From NCBI GenBank assembly GCA_008690995.1, contig VRMN01000002.1:992001-1056000 (forward strand): a stretch of DNA of 64,000 nt. The letters are read 5' to 3'. Below the pieces are notes generated by a model. It saw only the letters and a list, made by a program, of their open reading frames with translations. It was not told the DNA's origin and searched no databases. Below are positions 22,340 to 31,462 of this stretch, piece after piece. Made by a program: the position numbers and the translations under genes. Positions within the stretch are counted from its first letter, which is position 1, and every line of letters starts with the position of its first letter. The stretch comes from Porphyridium purpureum. Its lineage: Eukaryota.

Positions 22340-23029
22340 CTAGAGCGACACTTGGAGTCCACTCAAAGCAACAAGCAAATAGGAGAGTCCTGCGGCTGCC
22401 ATGAGAATATATGCCACCCGTAGCGCCCCCGCCGACAAGACTCGCCGCGCACCCGTTTTCGGACGATCAGGATTGTCTGTGTCCCAGTCTTGGCGACCCG
22501 TGTCAATTATCACCGAGTCGCGCCCTGTCCCGAAGGGCTTTCCTTTCGCAATGCGCGTCCAAAACTGCCACGTCGCCACAGCAAACGGCACTGTCCCGGC
22601 CATGAACACGAAGGTGTCCACAACTGTGATACCCCGTGGCTCAAATGTCTGGGGCATCGAACCGGCTGCTTCAGTCGTCACCTCGGCCATTGCGGAAGAC
22701 GACATCAGCGTCCACGCGTGAACCGAAGTCCATGCGCTGGCCCACGGAAACTCTACCTGCAATCGTCTTCCTGGCGTGTGCACGGTCGTTCTTGACACAG
22801 ACTCGGAAACATCATTTCCAATGCCGTGACGAACTGCCTCTTTTCTCTCCGTTACTCCACCAGACTTGGTGTTCGCCGTCGCACTCCAACATGAGACTTT
22901 CAAGCTCTTGCGCAAGCCAGCGTCAGTGGAACACCGTGCTTGGCCGGGTCTCAGTCTCCAACTTTCACAAGAGACACATCTCGACTCCCGCTGAAGTTGT
23001 GCCGCGCTCGCCGTGTTCACGAAAGCCAT
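22340..23029 (-). CDS. Hypothetical plastid-targeted 2-TM protein
   Basis: 'MAFVNTAS' transit peptide from ATG 23029; two hydrophobic segments flanking 'FWTRIAKGKPFGTG'. Confidence 0.7.
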   Translation of the reverse strand: MAFVNTASAAQLQRESRCVSCESWRLRPGQARCSTDAGLRKSLKVSCWSATANTKSGGVTERKEAVRHGIGNDVSESVSRTTVHTPGRRLQVEFPWASAWTSVHAWTLMSSSAMAEVTTEAAGSMPQTFEPRGITVVDTFVFMAGTVPFAVATWQFWTRIAKGKPFGTGRDSVIIDTGRQDWDTDNPDRPKTGARRVLSAGALRVAYILMAAAGLSYLLVALSGLQVSL

Positions 23030-23267
23030 CGTAATCCTTGCAGCACAAACAACCACGCGTCCACAGAGCTTCCACCCGTTCCTCACAAAGGCAGTCGCGC
23101 CATGCTCTCAAACTCGACTGCGCGTTCGCCGGCTTCGAGGGTGAGAGAGCGCAAAGGAGCGGACGGTGAATGTGGTGGTTTGTTTGGTTTCCGTGGGAAG
23201 GAGTCGCGCGCGAGAGCAATTGAGAGGACCTTACCAGTGCGTGAATCGCACATGCGCGCGGATTGAT

Positions 23268-24281
23268 ATGTCAGATATTCAGGGAACGCACGAGGGTAAG
23301 GAGGTTTGTGATGTGCAAGAGCGGATAAAGGTTGTATCGAAGACGCTGCTTGAGTGCGAGGGAAAGTTGAAGAATGGCGTCAGCGGGGTTGAGTACGCTG
23401 AGCGCGCGGTGAGAGGGATGCTGGTCAACAAGGATTCGGCCTTTACGCAGCCGGTTGAACGGTCAGCGCTCCTGGACGCCCTGGTTGATTTCCTGCCAAA
23501 GTTGCAGAAGGCGAACGAGGAGGTCAAGCTAGCACGGGAAAATTTTCCGTGGATGGACACCTCGACGCCTCCTGCAATTGTGGCAGATAATTCGAAAAAG
23601 CGCGCGCGTGCGGAGTCAGAGCTGTGCGAAAGCGTGGTGGTCCCGATACCACTTCGTCCTGGCGGCGGGCCCACAGAATTTGACGCGCTGGTCGAAGCTC
23701 AGAAGCTCACTTATGGCCAAGTCAAAGAAGCTGACCCCTGCTTCGTGCAAGATTCTGAAACTGGTGCACCGTACCAGCCGGTATCGGCGCACGAAGGCGC
23801 CGGAGCGAACGTTTACACGATTCCGGATGACCCGGCTATCATTGGCGCCTTTCGCGGCGCGCCGCCAGGTCTCCACATTGGCACCGGCAACATGATGGTG
23901 AACCATGGGCGGTCAACTTTGGCGGGCAGCGGTATATTTCCTGGAGATCCAGCGCTGATGGACCCAGCCATTCTGGCAGTCGGAGCTCGACCAAGCGTCG
24001 AGGTCGACGTGTACATTCCACAGGCGGTGGCTTCCGAGTACGAGCGCGCACATCGCCATCACGCCCATCATGAGTTGCACGGACAGCCGCATTATCCTTA
24101 CCACCACTCCGGAGCAGGGCATCACGCCGCGTACATTGCACCCGAGCCACATTACTTGGATGCGCAAAGCGAGGGAAAGGCTGGCGACGGGCTCTTGCCG
24201 GACGACGTGAGTAAGGAGCAGAAGGGAAAGAAGGCACGGTCCTTCGGTCCGTCCGATGGTGGTCGTCCAGGTTTGAATTGA
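23268..24281 (+). CDS. Hypothetical protein (helical N-terminus, His-rich C-terminus)
   Basis: Long ORF with protein-like composition; first ATG at 23268; no family recognised. Confidence 0.65.
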   Translation: MSDIQGTHEGKEVCDVQERIKVVSKTLLECEGKLKNGVSGVEYAERAVRGMLVNKDSAFTQPVERSALLDALVDFLPKLQKANEEVKLARENFPWMDTSTPPAIVADNSKKRARAESELCESVVVPIPLRPGGGPTEFDALVEAQKLTYGQVKEADPCFVQDSETGAPYQPVSAHEGAGANVYTIPDDPAIIGAFRGAPPGLHIGTGNMMVNHGRSTLAGSGIFPGDPALMDPAILAVGARPSVEVDVYIPQAVASEYERAHRHHAHHELHGQPHYPYHHSGAGHHAAYIAPEPHYLDAQSEGKAGDGLLPDDVSKEQKGKKARSFGPSDGGRPGLN

Positions 24282-24424
24282 AATGTTTGCATTGCGCTTG
24301 GTCGCGCTGTGTAAATATGTATCAATAGATATTTGGGCTCGGCCTGGCTTCTCAGCGTTGCCATAAAGTATTGTAGAGGAGTACCATATCCTTGCGGAGG
24401 GTTCGAGACTGTGCCGCGCGAAGC

Positions 24425-25027
24425 CTAGACCAGCTCTCCTGATCCAACCGATACTTGCGTAGTCTCAGACTTTCGCTTTTGTCGGCCCACCTCGTTTGTC
24501 TTTTCCACAAACGTGGGCTGCGCGGGCGGTTCAGTGCTGTCCGCATCGAATTCTGCAACATAGTCTTTAGACGCAAATGCGAGCATGGCTCTGCGCTGCT
24601 TGCTCTTCTTTGCGCGCTCTGTGTGTGGCGAACTGGAACCGTCGCCCTGACCGCTGAACATGCGTCCGCTAAACATTCGGGACACCGGTACGCCGCGTGT
24701 GCGCTGGTCAGTAGATGTTCTGCACGCTCGGTCCCCAGCACCTGTGTCGCCAGACGCTGCGTGTGGGTTAGCCTGTCCATCGCCCTCGTTGCTCCGCAGG
24801 CGCTTTGCAGACGGCTTGGGCGACACCTTTTTATCCTCCCACAGCGCATGCAGCGCGCGCGCCTGCACTTTTCTGGGTGACTCGACGGCATCCTGATTGT
24901 CATCCGCAAAGTTCGCCTTTTTCCTCTCCTCCAGGAACTCTCGCGGCGAAAGCGCCGACTCGTTCATGCGCGTGTTCTCCGCGACCACCGGGTCTACATT
25001 GGCGGCGCTCGAAAAGATGCATCCCAT
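24425..25027 (-). CDS. Hypothetical protein with N-terminal acylation motif
   Basis: Starts 'MGCIFS' (myristoylation/palmitoylation pattern); 200-aa ORF. Confidence 0.7.
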   Translation of the reverse strand: MGCIFSSAANVDPVVAENTRMNESALSPREFLEERKKANFADDNQDAVESPRKVQARALHALWEDKKVSPKPSAKRLRSNEGDGQANPHAASGDTGAGDRACRTSTDQRTRGVPVSRMFSGRMFSGQGDGSSSPHTERAKKSKQRRAMLAFASKDYVAEFDADSTEPPAQPTFVEKTNEVGRQKRKSETTQVSVGSGELV

Positions 25028-25356
25028 TGCGTCTTTGGCGTGAGGGGCCGTCGGCGACTTCCATCACCTCCACCGACCCACGCGCACTTCTCCCGCTAGC
25101 TGTCAGTGCACCAATTCCTGGCGCATTTGCTCACAAAACATGAAATTTAGAGGGTATCGAGAGCAGCAGCAGCAGCAGAATGGTGGTTGAATGATACTTT
25201 ACACTAATAGGTACACCGATTCGGCAGGCGGCATCGCGCGACGCTGCGTCTGGTCCGGAGTGGACGCCGCCCGCGCGGCTCTGGCCACCGTGCACACTGA
25301 AAGGCAAACGCACGTTCAACGGCTTTGCGAATGTGGTTACTGTGGATCCACCGCGA

Positions 25357-26262
25357 TTACCTCGGGTAGCCCGGCGGTGGCGCCGCTCCGTACTGACCTG
25401 GCGGGGGTGCTCCGTACTGACCCGGTGGGGGTGCTCCGTATTGTCCCGGCGGAGGTGCACCGTATTGTCCCGGCGGAGGTGCACCGTATTGTCCCGGCGG
25501 AGGTGCACCGTATTGTCCTGGCGGTGGTGCTCCGTACTGGCCTGGGGGTGGTGCTCCGTACTGACCTTGCGGCGGAGCACCGTACTGTCCTGGCGGCGGT
25601 GCACCGTACTGGCCTGGGGGTGGTGCTCCGTACTGACCTTGCGGCGGTGCACCGTACTGTCCTGGCGGCGGTGCTCCGTACTGGCCTGGGGGCGGTGCCC
25701 CGTACTGTCCTGGGGGCGGTGCTCCGTACTGGCCTGGGGGCGGCGCTCCATACTGACCTTGCGGCGGTGCGCCATACTGTCCTGGTGGAGGCGCTCCGTA
25801 CTGACCCTGTGGCGGTGCCCCGTACCCATACGCGGGTGGTGGTGCGGCCGCGGCGTGCTGGGCAGTGTGAGTTGGCTGCCACTGAAAGCCCAGAATAATT
25901 TCACCGGCGTACTTGCCGCTCTTGGAAGTCAGAGAGTAGCTACGCTCCTGTCCGGCGGCGCCGCCCTGCACCATTGACTGGAGCGGGATTTCTGCGCGGC
26001 CGACGAGGTCATCCTTGCCGATATCTTCATCCATGACTTCGACGTACATTCTGAGATCCGAGGCCGAGATGTGATCCAAAGTGAAGGAGACGGCTTGATG
26101 CCAGCGCGCGTTCTTCCCCGCGTTCTTCATCGTGCGCGTGCGCTTGGACTGCGTGCTGTGCGAGACGCGCAGCACGACGTACGGATCCTGCTTGCCGAAC
26201 CGATCCTTATCGGGCATATTCTTCGCCTCGACGACCATACACGTCAACGTTCCCGACATCAT
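25357..26262 (-). CDS. C2-domain protein with YGAPP(P/Q)GQ repeat tail
   Basis: C2 motifs '[18 protein letters not shown]', '[13 protein letters not shown]'; ATG at 26262. Confidence 0.9.
   Translation of the reverse strand: MMSGTLTCMVVEAKNMPDKDRFGKQDPYVVLRVSHSTQSKRTRTMKNAGKNARWHQAVSFTLDHISASDLRMYVEVMDEDIGKDDLVGRAEIPLQSMVQGGAAGQERSYSLTSKSGKYAGEIILGFQWQPTHTAQHAAAAPPPAYGYGAPPQGQYGAPPPGQYGAPPQGQYGAPPPGQYGAPPPGQYGAPPPGQYGAPPPGQYGAPPQGQYGAPPPGQYGAPPPGQYGAPPQGQYGAPPPGQYGAPPPGQYGAPPPGQYGAPPPGQYGAPPPGQYGAPPPGQYGAPPPGQYGAAPPPGYPR
25393..25824 (-). repeat. 24-bp coding tandem repeat x18 (YGAPP[P/Q]GQ)
   Basis: 432 bp = 18 units with synonymous variation. Confidence 0.95.
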
Positions 26263-26885
26263 CTTGCCTACCTCTATCCCCCTCACACCCTTCACAACCC
26301 CCACACTCCCTTCTCCAACACCAACACACGCGTCCTTCTCCACACCACTTCCCGCACACTCACCATTCCTCCCTAGTCGGTTGTGACAACCACCTCTGCA
26401 TCTAATACCCCACTCACGCCTTGTCCCTTTTTTTATCCCTGCGGCACTGACCCACCCGCTCGCTGGCACAAATTAAAAACCTTGAGCCAACTGTACTTGA
26501 AGTGTACACTCCCATACATCTAAATGCGCCGCTCCCTCCTTTGCACACTTGGACGTGTGGAATCAATCGCACGAGTCGTTCATACAGACACACAGAGCGC
26601 TGAGAAACATAACACAGCCGTCTCCTTTCAAGTTTCGCCGAGGAAATAAATGGCGGTGTACTGTACTTCTATGCAAAGGCACGTGATTTGGAGAAAAAGG
26701 GGTGCAGGTACAGTTGCGCTTCTTTTGTGGTGGGTTTCGTGTTTTTGAGGCTCTGGGGGTTTGGAATGCGGTGGAGGATTGTGGGAAGGGGTTCTGGGGA
26801 GCAGGATGTTGTTTGGGTGGTGAGCAGACGAACGAGTTGGGAGTGGAGTGGTGTGTGTGTGGAAAGGGTGAGTGGGTGGGTGGGG

Positions 26886-27970
26886 ATGGAGACTGGGTTT
26901 GTGTGTGCCGCGGGACGCAGTTACGCGCTGCGCGTGCGCGGTTGGAGCGGCAGCATGCGCAGACGCGCGGCCGTGTCGCCACGCCGCGGCGCGCACGCTC
27001 GCCCATCACGTGCATGGCGAAGAACGGGTTTGGCGCGCAGGACGAAGAGGAGAAGGACGCTCGGGCTAGTGCCGCAGGAGCAGGGACGGTGCAGAAGGAT
27101 GCAGAAGATAAGAAGGACGAAGGCGGTGCGCGTCCAGCTCTCTTCGAGCCCAATCTCGAGTTCGAAGACGACCCGGATGATCCCAGAGATCAGGAGGGTT
27201 ACACGCTTCGAGCTAGGCTTCGCGAAGAAACAGAGGCGCCATTCCGCAAAGTACGCCTGTTCTTGTACTACGCGTCCGCCGCGTCGGCGTCTGTGGGCGG
27301 TTTCATTTCAGGCGCACGAGTGATTGCGGGCTTGTCAGGCGTGAGCGGCGCACAGCCGCTGAGCGAGACCGTGCCCAACACCTTAATTGACCTGGGCGTT
27401 ATAGCCATCGCCGTGCTTTTGATTCGCCTGGATAACAAGGCCGGCAAAAAGCGACTGGACAGACTGTCCCGCGGCGCGGCGCTCGCGGCGCTCAAAGTGG
27501 AAATTTCGCGCTCAGGCAAGGCCCGATCGGAAGAGTCGCTCTCGGGCAAGATGACCACGCTCTCGTCGTTTCGCCTGTACAGGCGCCCGGTGATTGTGTG
27601 CGGGAATGCTGACACTGTGAATGCAGTCTTGGCGCAAGCCGACCCGCTGAAGGAGGAGCTCGCGCAACGCGACATTATAGTCATTCCTTATATCACGGGC
27701 GGTGGGGATAACGCCGTGCTGAACAGCTGGTCCAAGGGCGAGTGGCTGGCCACGCCCGTCATGCGCGAAAAGTGGGCTGCGTGGTTCCAGAAGGAGCTTG
27801 AGCTGAGCAAGCTCAAGCCCAGCGACGTGCGTGACAAGGCGCTCGTCCTCTACACAAGGAAGGACGGCCGTGTGGGTGGGCGCACCATTGGCATGCCGAA
27901 CTGGAACAAGATGATCGAGGGCATCGACAATCTGCCGAAATCCGGCATGGACCGGCTAGGTCGGCCCTGA
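26886..27970 (+). CDS. LPA1: LOW PSII ACCUMULATION 1-like (DUF3493) plastid protein; apparent 1-nt frameshift near 26912-26914
   Basis: 'RLREETEAPFRKVRLFLY', two TMs, 'LDRLSRG..LAAL', 'RKDGRVGGR..GMPNW'; transit peptide 'METGFVC' at 26886 is out of frame with the body. Confidence 0.85.
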
Positions 27971-28007
27971 CGCACGCGCAGATCTTTCGGCACTGTACAC
28001 GGATCAA

Positions 28008-29585
28008 TGTAGGACCTTAGTATAAAAAAAAACGTGGAATTTTAGGGTTCCGCCCCGAGAGACGCCGTAGGGTTTTGAGTACAAAACCCTAGAAAGTTCT
28101 ATGATGAAAGATTGTTCGAGAAGCGTGATGATCTCGGACCTGCGAAATGTTTGTCATTGTCGTTTTGTGTGGCCTTGTGCAAAGGTCAAAGGCCGGCCGA
28201 AGCTTCTGGATTCGTTCTTGACGCGCCCTCCCGGCCATTTTCCGGATACGTGGCCGGCTGTGGTTGCGAGTTGTGGAACGAATCAAAACCTGTGGTGGAA
28301 ATTCGTCCTGTTGGAGAAATTTGTTCTCCCGTCCTTGCTGGAAAGAGCAAGGACGAAGGGTATAAAAGGACGAAGGGGCAAGCTGGTTCCCAGGAATTTC
28401 CAGGTCAAGGTAGAAGAAGAGGTAAGGGCAAATAGAATAAAAAGAGAATTGGTTAGTTGGATTGAGGCAGTCGTTGGAAGACTTGGGTTGGATTTGCGGG
28501 AGAGGCACGCTAGCGTGTTGTGCGAGCGGATATCGGTCTGGAGTGTTTTTAAAAAGGCAGCTGGGGTTTAAACGTACCTTCCATCACCCTTCACTTGTCA
28601 AGACCGGTCCACTCCCTCTCGTAGTCCCCTATAAGTTGAATTTTCTGTCCTCTCTTCCTTTCTAGCCACTTTTCTCTGATTGTCCTGCTTGTCCTTCCGT
28701 TCGTTTCGGTGTGTCGGTTCGTCATCGGTTTGTCAGTTTCCGGGGTGTGGCGGTTTCCAGTTCCTGTTATCGGTGAAGCGGTCCGGTTTTGTTGATTCGG
28801 TTACAAAGCGGAGAGGGAGAAATTCCAAGAAAAAGGGTAAACGACAGGATCGACCGAGTACAGTTAGAAAACGACAAAACCAACCAAAAATGGGCAAAAC
28901 TTGTCAGGATGAACCAAAACATGGATAAAGTTTTAGAGGTACACCAGAAATGTTTCAGTCCATAGCAAGGCACACTTTTTTACTATTGACAAGTTCCACT
29001 ACTTCGCCGGACACTCCAGTCACGGACTTGCAGGTGAGTTCGTCCACGAGCGGTAGGAGACATGGTAAGGCCACGGCCGAGGCACTGGCGAGAGCTTACG
29101 GCTTCTTTTGCTGGAATCTTGCAATTGCTGAAATGGGCGTGCAAAGGAATAGCGTGTCCGCTCGGGACTTGAACTTGCACGATCGGAAAACATAATTAAA
29201 CATTCTCCTTTACAAACAAGATTGGCAGCATTTTCTACAAGCTTGATGCACTGTCCTGACGACAAGCACGAACTCATCCAGTGGAAGCTCAAGCCTGCCA
29301 AGTTCCTGCCAGACGGCCCTTGAAAGAGGAGTGCGCTGCCTCTGCTTCTTCCCCGATCCCTGCACAACTTCGAACTCGAACGCCCACTTGTCAAGACAGC
29401 CGTGGCGCGTAAACCAATACTGGTCCACGAGAAGCCATTCTGAAACATTTCTGGTGTACCTCTAAAACTTTATCCATGTTTTGGTTCATCCTGACAAGTT
29501 TTGCCCATTTTTGGTTGGTTTTGTCGTTTTCTAACTGTACTCGGTCGATCCTGTCGTTTACCCAAAAAAAAACAGAACCCTTACA
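28008..29585. mobile_element. Probable solo LTR (about 850 bp) interrupted by a TIR element
   Basis: Begins TGTAGG and ends CCTTACA (TG..CA, imperfect inverted ends); TATAAAA near 28361 and AATAAA near 28436; non-coding, lower GC; flanks ATCAA/ACACC do not match. Confidence 0.5.
28835..29563. mobile_element. Non-autonomous TIR DNA transposon (MULE/MITE-like), 729 bp
   Basis: 124-bp perfect inverted repeats at 28835-28958 and 29440-29563 starting GGGTAAACG; A-rich flanks (AAGAAAAA / AAAAAAAA). Confidence 0.9.
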
Positions 29586-29600
29586 ACACCGAATCTCCGG

Positions 29601-30018
29601 TGTCAGAAAGTTCACTCTTCCAAGCCACTGTACTAAGAGATGCACCTCGCATCGCTTCTCCGGGCTGTCGACAGGCACGGGATCATGCCGAGCCTCGCAA
29701 GATAGTTCTCACGCAGGATCTCGTCCCACGCCAGCCCGGCGTACAGCGGTCACCTCGTGCGAAGTATATAAAGTGGACTCCGTCTCCCGCAAGCTAATGA
29801 CGGGAGAAAAAGGAGGACCAGAGATGAGCGTAGTGAAGAACATTTAGTTAAAAAGGGTTTGTTGTCCTTATAAGCAGCAAGGGATTCTGAAGATCACCTC
29901 CTGCAGACCGACCTCACGTCCGTGGTGGCGGGCCCACTGCCTGACGTGTAGCAGTTCTTCCCTACGCCTTCGCGGTCTCTCCGGGGCACAAAACCCCGTA
30001 AAACCGGTTTTTGTGACA
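29601..30018 (+). repeat. 5' LTR
   Basis: TGTCAG...GTGACA; TATATAAA at 29765; identical by eye to 34623-35040. Confidence 0.97.
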
Positions 30019-30130
30019 TTTCGAAATTCACTTGTGCTTGCCCGTTTGCTCTCTTCGTCCGCTTTCTTTGATCTATCCAGCAAGGAGTCGGGCCTGAGTG
30101 AAGCGATTAGCGGTCTGCTGACGGGTCAGA

Positions 30131-31462
30131 ATGTCCAGTGAGGGAGAAGCCGCCCCAACTTCCCCTGTATCTTCGAGGACACGAGGCGCTCATTCGTCTC
30201 GGGCGGGCGCATCCTCGACGGTACCAGAGAAGCAGAGATCAAGCCCGGCACTCGACACACAGGTACCAGCATCCCGGCCTGAACGCGCAGCAGAGCGCTT
30301 CCCATGGCTCGACGTCAAAGCGAAGAATGAAATTGTCGAGGACATGCTAAGGACTGCCGACGAGATGGGGAACGATGACATTGAAATGATGATGGTTGAG
30401 AGCCTTATGTCGTACGACCTACTGAAAGAAAACGGCGGCCCGCCGAGCCTCCTCGCGTGGCAGCGATACTGTCGCCTCCGCGGGGTGCCAAACTTCGAGT
30501 ACGGGCGCAATATTCAGGACTCATTCAGAGCTTTCTCCCAGACTTCATTGGGGAACGAAGATACAAACCACGTCGAGCTTGGCGGAGCTGGTGAGTCGCG
30601 CGGTCTGAGAAGAGGAAACGCGTCCTCGAGTCCAAATGAAGTCGCCTTTACAAAATACTTCGAGCGGTATGTCTTCACTGGCGAGCCAAATGGCATGCCA
30701 TTTGCCGCTTGGTACCGAAAATTCGAACAAGCGCGAACGGTATTCCGCATCGACGACTCTACGGCGAGAAGCGCGCTTCCGCTTATTCTGGGCGGAAGCG
30801 CCGAAGCGCTCGTGTCGAGCGCCCAACACCAGCGCTTAGACTCGATGCTTGCCATGCTCAAGTCGTCATTCGACTCAAACGATAAGAGAGAACAGCGTAT
30901 TTTGGCACTAAGCCGGCTCAACCTCGACCAGTTTATCACGTCGTCGCCATCGAGACACGAGTCGTTGGTCAGGCTGAGAGCCGCTGTGAAAGCCGAGGCA
31001 CGCGAACTCGACGTACCCGATAACACACCCGACGGCCTTGCCCGCCACGTCTCCCGCGCAATCATGGCGTCGACATTTTCACCGCTCTTCACCTTGATTC
31101 AGGCCCGCAATCCCGAAGAGAAAATTTTCAAGTTCTCACACATACTCAAAGGAATGGATTACAACAAGGGCACCCTCTTCGGAAAGGGTGACGATATTCT
31201 TACCGGCTTCCAGAAGGCTGAAGGACCGCGTAGGAGGTTTGCTACGAAAACTGACAAACTTTGCAGTTTTTGTGGCATCAAAGGACATGAAGAAAGTACG
31301 TGCTGGAAAAAGCATGGGCGCCCGCCCTCAAGAGTCGCGTGGGTCGACCCGGAGAATGAGGGCGAACCCGACCCGGATGTTGATGCAGAAAAGGAAAGCG
31401 TGGCTTCTTTGCGAGAAAAACTAGTCGATTATGACCAGAACGATCCTGATGAGCAAGCATGA
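30131..31462 (+). CDS. gag: Retrotransposon Gag
   Basis: CCHC knuckle 'CSFCGIKGHEESTC'; ends in TGA at 31460-31462. Confidence 0.9.
   Translation: MSSEGEAAPTSPVSSRTRGAHSSRAGASSTVPEKQRSSPALDTQVPASRPERAAERFPWLDVKAKNEIVEDMLRTADEMGNDDIEMMMVESLMSYDLLKENGGPPSLLAWQRYCRLRGVPNFEYGRNIQDSFRAFSQTSLGNEDTNHVELGGAGESRGLRRGNASSSPNEVAFTKYFERYVFTGEPNGMPFAAWYRKFEQARTVFRIDDSTARSALPLILGGSAEALVSSAQHQRLDSMLAMLKSSFDSNDKREQRILALSRLNLDQFITSSPSRHESLVRLRAAVKAEARELDVPDNTPDGLARHVSRAIMASTFSPLFTLIQARNPEEKIFKFSHILKGMDYNKGTLFGKGDDILTGFQKAEGPRRRFATKTDKLCSFCGIKGHEESTCWKKHGRPPSRVAWVDPENEGEPDPDVDAEKESVASLREKLVDYDQNDPDEQA

Noticed and set aside
25131..25977. Several long alternative-frame ORFs and a CRISPR-like periodic look
   Set aside because: Shadows of the 24-bp coding repeat; no unique spacers and a eukaryotic context
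28100..28145. Two RTGATGA box C-like motifs (C/D snoRNA?)
   Set aside because: No suitably placed CTGA box D, and the site lies inside the probable solo LTR
31460..31462. UGA as selenocysteine
   Set aside because: It falls at the gag/pol junction rather than a catalytic Cys position, and no SECIS was recognised; readthrough is the better explanation
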